The notes beneath the pieces were generated by a model. It saw only the letters and a program-made list of their open reading frames with translations. It did no database searches and was not told the DNA's origin. A program made the position numbers and the translations under genes. A stretch of DNA of 31,718 bases from an uncultured Gammaproteobacteria bacterium (lineage in GTDB: Bacteria; Patescibacteriota; Patescibacteriia; UBA2169), in contig CAZXOU010000001.1 in assembly GCA_964642355.1 (NCBI GenBank), forward strand, positions 1 through 31,718, written 5' to 3'. Of the stretch, positions 23,716 through 31,718 are shown one piece after another (position 1 is the stretch's first letter; each line of letters starts with the position of its first letter).

Positions 23716-25062
23716 ATGCTTAATTCACTTGATTCGTCTTTGATCATAGGTTACATAGTATTGGTTTTGATTATTGGATATATTAGCTCCCGCAAACAAA
23801 CAGGAGCTGATTTTATGATAGCAAATAGAAAGCTTGGGTTGTTTGGATTTGTCAGTACAATGGTTGCATCTTTGATTGGTGGAACTATTTTAGTTGTGTA
23901 CACAGCTTTTATATATGAATTTGGAGTTGGAGCCTTATTTGGCTTTGTGGGTTTGACGCTTGGCTTTATTGTATTTATTGCACTATCCAAACAACTTCGC
24001 ACTTTAGGGCATAAATATAATTTCCACACAATTGCTGATTACTTTTCTCATAAAATTGGATCTACCCAAGGTAATTTAATAAGCGTCGTAATTGGATTGA
24101 TTTTAGTATTAGCAATTTTAAAACAATTTATTGCTGGAACAGGAATATTATCTGCCATAAGCGGGTGGAGCTATGAACTTGCTCTTGGAACAAGTGCTTT
24201 GGTTGTGTTGATATATTTATTGCTCGGCGGATTTAAAAGTGTTGTCAAAACAGATGTATTTCAGTTTGCGATCCTTTTTATTTTAGTTGTTGCTATTGCA
24301 ATAAATATTACGAATAGCTCTGATCTATCTTTTTCTCATTTTTCCTTATCTTCAATGAGTCCAACCTTAATGGTATCTTTTTTAATATATGGGTTCTTAG
24401 GCATTTGGCATTTAAGCGACATATGGCAAAGAATTTATGCAGCTAAAAATGACAAAGTTGTAAAACAAGGGTTGTTAATCTCTGGAATTATTATGTTCAT
24501 TATAGGCTTAGCTATTGCCTTAATCGCGCTTTCTGTAAGGGCTTCTACTCCTGGGTTAGACCCTAGTCAAGCTATAGTATTTGGAATGATTAATCTTTTG
24601 CCGCAAGGATTATTAGCTTTTGGAATTGTAATGCTTTTTGCGGCCATTATGTCCACAACAGATACAGCCATATTTGTACTTTCCACAATTATAGCTAAAG
24701 ATGGAATTACCAAAATCAAAAAAAGAGTCCTAACTTCAGATGAGCTAACTCGATACACGCGCATAAGCATTGTGGCCATTATTGTTCTTGGAGCAACACT
24801 TGCCTATTTATTCCGAGATATTATAGATGTGGCATTAGTTAATGTTGGATTGTCTATGGCATTAGTTCCATCAATTATAACTTCCTTAAAATGGAAACCA
24901 GAACCCAGAGTAATTACATTGAGCATTACAAGCGGACTTTTGTACATAGCTCTACTTGCTATTTTGGGGCTAGTTACACCAGAACTTTCTGTTTCTACTG
25001 TCCTAGTTTCTGGAACTGTTCTAGGAATTGGACAAGTAGTTAGTAAAAAGCTAAAAAAATAG
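23716..25062 (+). CDS. Sodium:solute symporter (SSS) family transporter
   Basis: DFMIANRKLG, WQRIYAAK, AAIMSTTD; many TM helices. Confidence 0.85.
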   Translation: MLNSLDSSLIIGYIVLVLIIGYISSRKQTGADFMIANRKLGLFGFVSTMVASLIGGTILVVYTAFIYEFGVGALFGFVGLTLGFIVFIALSKQLRTLGHKYNFHTIADYFSHKIGSTQGNLISVVIGLILVLAILKQFIAGTGILSAISGWSYELALGTSALVVLIYLLLGGFKSVVKTDVFQFAILFILVVAIAINITNSSDLSFSHFSLSSMSPTLMVSFLIYGFLGIWHLSDIWQRIYAAKNDKVVKQGLLISGIIMFIIGLAIALIALSVRASTPGLDPSQAIVFGMINLLPQGLLAFGIVMLFAAIMSTTDTAIFVLSTIIAKDGITKIKKRVLTSDELTRYTRISIVAIIVLGATLAYLFRDIIDVALVNVGLSMALVPSIITSLKWKPEPRVITLSITSGLLYIALLAILGLVTPELSVSTVLVSGTVLGIGQVVSKKLKK

Positions 25063-25113
25063 TAATTCTATGTATAGACTGTATGTGTTTGGTCTGGTAA
25101 GATACACAAACAT

Positions 25114-28100
25114 ATGTCCTTCGTTCACCTACATTCTCACTCACACTACTCCCTATTAGACGGATTACCCAAGATAGATGATATGATAGAGCGCGCTAAA
25201 GAACTTGGCATGCCTGCTTTGGCATTGACTGACCATGGAGTAATGTACGGAGCTTTAGAATTTTACCAAAAAGCAACAGAAGCTGGCATAAAACCAATTA
25301 TTGGAATGGAAGGATATCTAGCTCCAGAATCCAGAAAAGATAAAAAGCAAGGTGAAAAACCATTTCACCAAATTTTGTACGCAAAAAATCTGCAAGGATA
25401 CAAAAACTTAATGCAACTTTCTAGCCTTGCTCACTTAGAAGGGTTCTATTACAAGCCAAGAATGGATAAAGAAATTTTAGAGCAATATTCAGAAGGCATT
25501 ATAGCAACCTCTAGCTGTTTACAAGGAGAAGTAACTCAATTGATTGTAAATGGAAATAACGACAAAGCAGTCGAAAAAATAAAAGAATTTCAACAAATTT
25601 TCGGTAAAGATAATTATTATTTGGAAGTACAGCCTCATCCAGAAATTGACCTTCAAGTAAATCTCAACAAGGTATTACTAGAAATCGCAAAAGAATATCA
25701 AATTCCTATAATTGCCACAAATGACTCACATTATCTAAAAAAAGAAGACGCAGAGATTCAGGATATTTTAGTATGTGTTCAAACAGGAAAAACTGTAGAA
25801 GATACGAATAGACTAAAAATGACGGACGTTGATTTGTCTATGAAAACAGAACAAGAAATGCGAGAACAGTTTCCAAATAACCCAGAAGTAATTGATGAAA
25901 CTTTAAAATTAGCTGATAAGTGTGATGTAAAACTTGAGCTTGGAGATTTTCATTTTCCAAAATTTGATCCTCCAGATGGATTAAGCGCGGATGACTATCT
26001 TAAGCAGCTTGCCTATGACGGACTAAAGGAAAAATGTGATCCTTGTCCCCAAGGCTACAAAGAACGTATTGATTATGAACTTGATGTTATAAAAACCAAA
26101 GCATATGCAACATATTTTTTAATTTTTGCTGATTTTGTAAACTGGGCGCGTGAAAATGGAATTATTGCCACAGTAAGAGGAAGTGCAGCTGGTTCTTTGG
26201 TCTCTTATGTAACTGGAATTACAACCGTGGACCCAATGACATTTGAACTGCCTTTTGAAAGATTTTTAAACCCTTATAGGCCAAGTGCGCCTGATATTGA
26301 TATGGATTTTGCAGATAACAGAAGAGGAGATGTTTTGGATTATGTTAGAAAAAAATATGGAGAAGATAAGGTGGCGCAAATTTGTACATTTGGAACAATG
26401 ATGGCACGCGGTGCAGTAAGGGATGTTGGAAGAGTTTTAAATTATCCTTATGAATTTTGCGACAGAATCGCAAAACTTATTCCAATGGGCAAGCAAGGAT
26501 TTACAATGACAATAAAAAAAGCTCTAAATCAATCTCCAGAATTAAAAACTGCATATACAAATGAACCAGACGCGAAAAACTTATTAGATGTAGCACAAAG
26601 AATGGAAGGATGCGCAAGGCACCCATCTGTTCATGCAGCTGGAGTTGTTATCTCCCCTACTGAACTGACTGATTTCACACCCCTACAAAAAGAAACTGGC
26701 GGAGAAAATATTATCACCCAATATGATATGCATGCCGTAGAAGATGCAGGTTTAGTAAAGATGGACTTTTTAGGAATTAGAAACCTATCTATTTTAGGAA
26801 ATGTAATAAAACTTGTAGAAAAAACAAAAAATATTTCTATAGAATTAACAAAAATTCCTTTTGACGATAAAAAAACTTTTGACCTCTTAGCAAGTGGAAA
26901 AACTATGGGAATGTTCCAGCTTGGAGGAGGTGGAATGACAAGATATCTTGTTGAGCTTAAGCCAACTAAAATTACAGACATTATGGCAATGGTTGCATTG
27001 TTCCGGCCAGGACCAATGGAATCTATACCAGATTTTATAGACAGAAAACATAACCCCGAAAGAATTACATACTTAGAGCCTAGGCTTGAGAAAATTCTAA
27101 AAGATTCCTACGGAATTATAACTTACCAAGATGATGTTTTGTATACTGCAATTGATATAGCAGGATACAATTGGGAAGAAGCAGACAAACTAAGAAAGGC
27201 AATGGGTAAAAAAATTCCAGAAGAAATGGAAGCTCAAAAAGAAAAATTCTTAAAAGGATGTGTAGAATTTGGAAAATTGACCAAGGATATGGCAAGCCAA
27301 ATTTGGAAGTTGATAGAACCGTTTGCAGCATATGGATTTAATAAGGCGCATGCTGCTTCTTACGGAATTGTTGCTTACCAGACAGCATATATGAAAGCGC
27401 ATTACCCAGCGGAGTTTATGGCCGCATTAATGAGCGCAGAATCAGATGATATAGAGAAAGTTGCAGAAGCAGTTAAAGAATGCAAAACAATGAATATCCA
27501 GGTTTTGCCTCCAGATGTTAATGAAAGCTTTGCAGATTTTACTGTTGTTGATGATTCTACAATTAGATTTGGATTATCAGCTATAAAAAATGTAGGAAAT
27601 CATATTATTGAAGTTGTTGTTGAGGAACGCAAAAAAAATAATAAATTCAAAAATATAACTGACTTTCTTGATAGAGTGGTAGATAGAGATCTAAACAAAA
27701 AATCAATTGAAAGTTTTACAAAAACAGGCGCTTTAGACAGTTTGGGAGAACGCCACACATTATTCGCAAACACAGAAAAACTTTTGGATTATGCACGTAC
27801 TTCTCATGATGCTAGTTTGCGAAACCAATCCAGCTTGTTTGGGGAATCTCAAAATAGCAATAATGGCAGCTTAACTTTAGATCCAGCAGAAATAGACGAA
27901 GACCTTTCTCTTGCTTGGGAAAAAGAATTACTTGGTTTGTATATTACAGGACACCCACTTGCTAGGCACGAAGAAGCACTACAAAAAAGCCCTAATCAAA
28001 TAAATAGCTTAAGAGAGACCGGCGCATCTATTACAATATTTGGATATATAAGCACCGTAAAAGAAATTACAACGAAAAAAGGAGATCTAATGGCATTTAT

Positions 28101-28548
28101 TAGTCTTCAAGATTTAACTGGCACAATGGAGACTATTGTATTCCCTAAAACATACACAAAACTAAAAGAGCTGCTTACGCAGGATCAGGTTGTTATTGTC
28201 ACCGGAAAAACAGAATCAAGACAAGGAAATATGCAAATTATATGTAATAATATTACACCTCTTACAGAACAATCTACTGCTAAATACAAAGATGTAACTC
28301 CCATTAGAAATGAAGCTGTAGAACAAAAAAAAGAACCCTATGTTGCTATTCATGTAAGCAACCAATTAAACCAAACACAACTTGATCAAATCAAAAAAAT
28401 ATTGTACCGTGAAACAGGAGACACACCTGTAATACTACACCTAAACGGCACAAAAAAACTCATGCTTCCTATGAAAGTTGACACATCTAATAGTTTATTA
28501 GAAGATCTAAAAACATTAGTAGGAGAAAGCAACGCAATGATACAGTAA
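25114..28548 (+). CDS. dnaE: DNA polymerase III alpha subunit
   Basis: HLHSHSHYSLLDG, TDHG, RGSAAGS, PDIDMD, YGFNKAHA; no intein-sized insert. Confidence 0.97.
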   Translation: MSFVHLHSHSHYSLLDGLPKIDDMIERAKELGMPALALTDHGVMYGALEFYQKATEAGIKPIIGMEGYLAPESRKDKKQGEKPFHQILYAKNLQGYKNLMQLSSLAHLEGFYYKPRMDKEILEQYSEGIIATSSCLQGEVTQLIVNGNNDKAVEKIKEFQQIFGKDNYYLEVQPHPEIDLQVNLNKVLLEIAKEYQIPIIATNDSHYLKKEDAEIQDILVCVQTGKTVEDTNRLKMTDVDLSMKTEQEMREQFPNNPEVIDETLKLADKCDVKLELGDFHFPKFDPPDGLSADDYLKQLAYDGLKEKCDPCPQGYKERIDYELDVIKTKAYATYFLIFADFVNWARENGIIATVRGSAAGSLVSYVTGITTVDPMTFELPFERFLNPYRPSAPDIDMDFADNRRGDVLDYVRKKYGEDKVAQICTFGTMMARGAVRDVGRVLNYPYEFCDRIAKLIPMGKQGFTMTIKKALNQSPELKTAYTNEPDAKNLLDVAQRMEGCARHPSVHAAGVVISPTELTDFTPLQKETGGENIITQYDMHAVEDAGLVKMDFLGIRNLSILGNVIKLVEKTKNISIELTKIPFDDKKTFDLLASGKTMGMFQLGGGGMTRYLVELKPTKITDIMAMVALFRPGPMESIPDFIDRKHNPERITYLEPRLEKILKDSYGIITYQDDVLYTAIDIAGYNWEEADKLRKAMGKKIPEEMEAQKEKFLKGCVEFGKLTKDMASQIWKLIEPFAAYGFNKAHAASYGIVAYQTAYMKAHYPAEFMAALMSAESDDIEKVAEAVKECKTMNIQVLPPDVNESFADFTVVDDSTIRFGLSAIKNVGNHIIEVVVEERKKNNKFKNITDFLDRVVDRDLNKKSIESFTKTGALDSLGERHTLFANTEKLLDYARTSHDASLRNQSSLFGESQNSNNGSLTLDPAEIDEDLSLAWEKELLGLYITGHPLARHEEALQKSPNQINSLRETGASITIFGYISTVKEITTKKGDLMAFISLQDLTGTMETIVFPKTYTKLKELLTQDQVVIVTGKTESRQGNMQIICNNITPLTEQSTAKYKDVTPIRNEAVEQKKEPYVAIHVSNQLNQTQLDQIKKILYRETGDTPVILHLNGTKKLMLPMKVDTSNSLLEDLKTLVGESNAMIQ

Positions 28549-28565
28549 GAGAAACACATTTATAT

Positions 28566-29738
28566 ATGGATATAGTGCAAAAAACTCAAAAAAAAGTGGA
28601 AACTTCCAAAAAGAAGCTAGCAAAAACTATTGAATTAAAATCTTACCGCAAACTTGCAGTAAACTTTTTGATATTGACCATTAACCTTATTATAATAATT
28701 CTATACTTTTCTCTCTCCCAGGCTAAGGTTGTTATTGTGCCAGCAAAAAATTCAATTTCTCATACAACAACACTGCCTATTAAGGAAGAGGTTTCGTTAA
28801 TAGATAGAGAGCTTGCGGTCACCGGATCAATTACAAATGTGGATGTAAGTCACTCTCAAAAATTTATTGCGGAAGCAACTTCTACAATTGACACAAATGC
28901 AAAAGGAACTATTAAAATACTGAATACGACCAATAACAGGAACCAAACCTTTGTTAAAAATACTCGTTTTGTTAATGATGCTGGAATAGAAATTAAAATT
29001 GATAGACAAGTTCAAATTCCACCTGGCGGAGAAGTTGAGGTAAGTTCGTTTGCAACACTGCCAGGTGCCTCCGGAGAAGTTGGACCTGACTCTGGAAAAT
29101 TCCAAGTAGCAGCACTTCCCTATCTTAAAGATCAAATTTACGCAGAAATTCCTACGGCATTTACCGGAGGAACAGAACTAACTCGCCTACTAACACCAAG
29201 TGCATTTAATGATGCAAAAGCAGAAGTAGAAAAAGCTCTAGAGGAAAAAGCTTGGCAATTATTTTCGGAAAGTAATGGAAATTATTTAAACAGGGATGAT
29301 TTAATAATTGAAATTACAGATCTCTCTTCCACTGCAAACCCGGGAGATTCTGATGTTAACGAATTCTCTATAGCGGCAAGTGCAACTGGCAGTATATTTA
29401 CATACGATGAGGACCGCACACAAGAAATTATGAGACAAGAGTTAATTAAAAAAATACCTCCAGACAGCTTATTGGTAGAATTTGATGACAATGCGTACAA
29501 AGTAGCGCTTGATAAAAAAAGCCTACAAATAACAGCAGAAATTAGTGCCACAACACAGCCAAAAATTCCAGAAACATTGCTTAACCAAGAAGATATTGCT
29601 GGTATGAACCAAGAAGAAGTTCGTAAGCATTTTACAAAAGTAACCGGTATTCGCGATGTAAAAATAAAATTTTGGCCTTTTTGGGTTAGAAGCGTTCCAA
29701 ATTTAAAAGATCACGTTGATATTGAGATTAAAAAATAG
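28566..29738 (+). CDS. Membrane-anchored protein with baseplate J/gp47-like beta domain
   Basis: Single TM segment, AKGTIKILN..., NTRFV, VQIPPGG, AFTGG motifs; family call from recall. Confidence 0.55.
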   Translation: MDIVQKTQKKVETSKKKLAKTIELKSYRKLAVNFLILTINLIIIILYFSLSQAKVVIVPAKNSISHTTTLPIKEEVSLIDRELAVTGSITNVDVSHSQKFIAEATSTIDTNAKGTIKILNTTNNRNQTFVKNTRFVNDAGIEIKIDRQVQIPPGGEVEVSSFATLPGASGEVGPDSGKFQVAALPYLKDQIYAEIPTAFTGGTELTRLLTPSAFNDAKAEVEKALEEKAWQLFSESNGNYLNRDDLIIEITDLSSTANPGDSDVNEFSIAASATGSIFTYDEDRTQEIMRQELIKKIPPDSLLVEFDDNAYKVALDKKSLQITAEISATTQPKIPETLLNQEDIAGMNQEEVRKHFTKVTGIRDVKIKFWPFWVRSVPNLKDHVDIEIKK

Positions 29739-29743
29739 CACCG

Positions 29744-29771
29744 CGTCATCCTGAGCAAAGCGAAGGATCTC
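29744..29771 (+). repeat. CGTC-tagged REP-like element
   Basis: CGTCATCCTGAGCAAAGCGAAGGATCTC with ATCCT/AGGAT arms. Confidence 0.6.
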
Positions 29772-29783
29772 GTGAACAATCAC

Positions 29784-31562
29784 ATGAGCACACAAATTGA
29801 AACAATGCGACACTCTACTGCCCATTTAATGGCAGCTAGCCTTCAAAAACTTTATCCAAAAGCCAAATTTGGCGTTGGCCCAGTTGTAGATGAAGGATTT
29901 TATTATGATGTTGAGCTTAGCGATCAGCTAGAGCCTTCTGATCTTAAAAAAATTGAAAAGGAAATGCAAAAATTGCAAAAGCAGGATTTAGAATACAAAC
30001 GAGAAGAAATGGATATAGATGAAGCTATAAAACTTTTTAAAAAACTTAAGCAAAGCTACAAAGTAGAGCTACTTAATGATCTTAAAAAACATGGCACCAC
30101 AGTTGCGTCAGAAATTTACGGAGGAACAGAAAAGGATTCCAAAACTAAAGTAAAAAAAGTATCAGTATACACAACTGGTGATTTTGTAGACTTATGTAGA
30201 GGCCCGCATGTAAAATCCACAAAAGACATTAAAGTTTTTAAATTGACAAAACTCGCTGGCGCTTACTGGCGTGGAGATGAAAAAAACAAGATGATGACCA
30301 GAGTTTACGGAACCGCTTTTGAAGATAAAAAATCTTTAGCAGATTATCTGCATATGATGGAAGAAGCTCTAAAGCGCGACCACAAAATACTTGGACCAAA
30401 GTTTGATTTATTCGTATTCAGCGATCTTATTGGCCCAGGACTCCCCTTGTGGACGCCCAAAGGAACAGTTCTTCGTGAAGTATTAGATGATTTTGGATGG
30501 GAGCTTCGCAAAAAACGCGGCTACGAAAAAGTTGAAATTCCTCATATCACAAAAAAAGATCTTTATGTAACCAGCGGACACTGGGATAAATTTGATGATG
30601 AGCTATTTAGAATAAAAACGCGAGAAGGACACGAGTTCGCAATGAAGCCTATGAACTGCCCTCATCACACTCAAATTTTTGATAGAAAGCCGCACTCTTA
30701 CAGAGAAATGCCTCAAAGATACTGCAACACCACAATGTGCTACAGAGACGAACAAACAGGCGAACTTTCTGGATTATCCAGAACACGGGCTTTTGCGCAA
30801 GATGATGCTCATGTGTTCTGCACAAAAGATCAAATTAAAGACGAAATATTCAAAGTTTGGGATATTGTTGATGAATTTTACGGCGCATTTAACTTTGATA
30901 TTGAACCAAGGCTTTCTTTATCTGATCCAAAAAACATGGAAGCTTATTTAGGGGATCCAAAAGAATGGAAGCGGGTAGAAGAAGTAATACGCAAACTAGC
31001 TAAAAAACGAGGTGTAGATGCCCCAGAACAAATTGGAGAAGCTGCTTTTTATGGCCCTAAAATTGATTTTATGGCAAAAGACGCAATTGGAAGAGAGTGG
31101 CAAGTAGCTACTATTCAATTGGACTTTAACCAGCCAGAGAGATTTAACCTAAACTATATTAACGAAAAAGGAAAAGAAGAACGCGTAACAATGATCCACA
31201 CCACAACAATGGGTTCTTTAGTAAGATTCCTTTCTATATTAATAGAAAATTACGCAGGTGCTTTTCCTGCATGGCTCTCCCCTGTCCAAGTTGCGCTTTT
31301 GCCAGTCTCCACAGAAAAGCATCTAGATTATTCTAGTAAACTGGCAGAAGAGTTCCGCGAAAGCGATGCTCGTGTTTGGGTTGATGATTCAGATGAAAGC
31401 GTAGGCAAAAAAATTAGATACTCAGAACAACAAAAAATTCCGTATATTTTGGTAATCGGTGACAAAGAGATGAAAGGCAAAAAACTGACAGTGCGCGAGC
31501 AAGGAAAGAGCGATACAACTGAAATGACAATTGAGGAGGTAGTAGAAAAACTACAACAATAA
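29784..31562 (+). CDS. thrS: Threonine-tRNA ligase
   Basis: RHSTAH, DLCRGPH, KPMNCPHH, GEAAFYGPKID, QLDF; start moved to MSTQIET. Confidence 0.97.
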   Translation: MSTQIETMRHSTAHLMAASLQKLYPKAKFGVGPVVDEGFYYDVELSDQLEPSDLKKIEKEMQKLQKQDLEYKREEMDIDEAIKLFKKLKQSYKVELLNDLKKHGTTVASEIYGGTEKDSKTKVKKVSVYTTGDFVDLCRGPHVKSTKDIKVFKLTKLAGAYWRGDEKNKMMTRVYGTAFEDKKSLADYLHMMEEALKRDHKILGPKFDLFVFSDLIGPGLPLWTPKGTVLREVLDDFGWELRKKRGYEKVEIPHITKKDLYVTSGHWDKFDDELFRIKTREGHEFAMKPMNCPHHTQIFDRKPHSYREMPQRYCNTTMCYRDEQTGELSGLSRTRAFAQDDAHVFCTKDQIKDEIFKVWDIVDEFYGAFNFDIEPRLSLSDPKNMEAYLGDPKEWKRVEEVIRKLAKKRGVDAPEQIGEAAFYGPKIDFMAKDAIGREWQVATIQLDFNQPERFNLNYINEKGKEERVTMIHTTTMGSLVRFLSILIENYAGAFPAWLSPVQVALLPVSTEKHLDYSSKLAEEFRESDARVWVDDSDESVGKKIRYSEQQKIPYILVIGDKEMKGKKLTVREQGKSDTTEMTIEEVVEKLQQ

Positions 31563-31564
31563 CA

Positions 31565-31594
31565 TTAAACGGCTCAATCAACTTAGCCGTTTAA
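31565..31594. terminator. Hairpin after thrS (possible terminator)
   Basis: TTAAACGGCT/AGCCGTTTAA perfect 10-bp inverted repeat; no clear U-tract. Confidence 0.5.
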
Positions 31595-31718
31595 ATTGAT
31601 ATATTATTCCATATATCATACCTATTTTAGTATATTTTACGAAAACATTCCATATATCGGGGAGTTAGGCGAAATATTTTTTTAATTATTTTTTTAAGAA
31701 TTGCTTTTTGAGAGAAGA

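Noticed and set aside
25114-28548. Intein or intron in dnaE
   Set aside because: Normal length and contiguous motifs; no splicing signatures.
1108-30951. Numerous 60-185-aa ORFs antisense or frame-shifted within fadD, serS, proS, gap, tsf, rpsB, prfA, prmC, dnaE and thrS
   Set aside because: Shadow ORFs of well-supported genes, with no independent start signals or motifs.
1-31718. CRISPR array, IS or transposase, rRNA
   Set aside because: No regularly spaced repeats, transposase motifs or rRNA-like sequence were seen.

Overview
AT-rich bacterial chromosomal window using genetic code 11 (TGA is a stop, e.g. in proS and greA). Gene forms such as a short EF-Ts, a short ProRS, a DUF3048 protein and a baseplate-J-like membrane protein suggest a Patescibacteria/CPR genome (inference). 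The housekeeping backbone is tRNA-Tyr, fadD, greA, serS, proS, gap, pyrH, tsf, rpsB, rpmE, prfA, prmC, rplY, rodA, a sodium:solute symporter, dnaE and thrS, interspersed with ORFans that carry strong Shine-Dalgarno (SD) sites. The main discovery is two amino-acid-starvation sensors that each control a small unknown protein rather than a synthetase or biosynthetic gene. (1) A ribosome-mediated attenuator at 16069-16180 (-) has an unannotated 17-aa leader peptide, MTSTRNIISIIKIISPL, with 6 Ile in 8 codons. (2) An unusually built T-box riboswitch at 2848-3190 (-), compatible with tRNA-Ile, lies upstream of a 70-aa Cys-rich ORF. Both terminators are followed by the same 13-mer, TTTTGTTCTTTAA, which contains a boxA-like motif; similar motifs precede other ORFans. 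Also seen: in-frame TAA stops in rplY and rodA, a 21-nt palindrome inserted in frame in prmC, other REP-like palindromes, leaderless promoters, and a miniaturised DnaJ coupled to a GC-rich ORFan. All RNA structures and homologies were read by eye; no searches were run.
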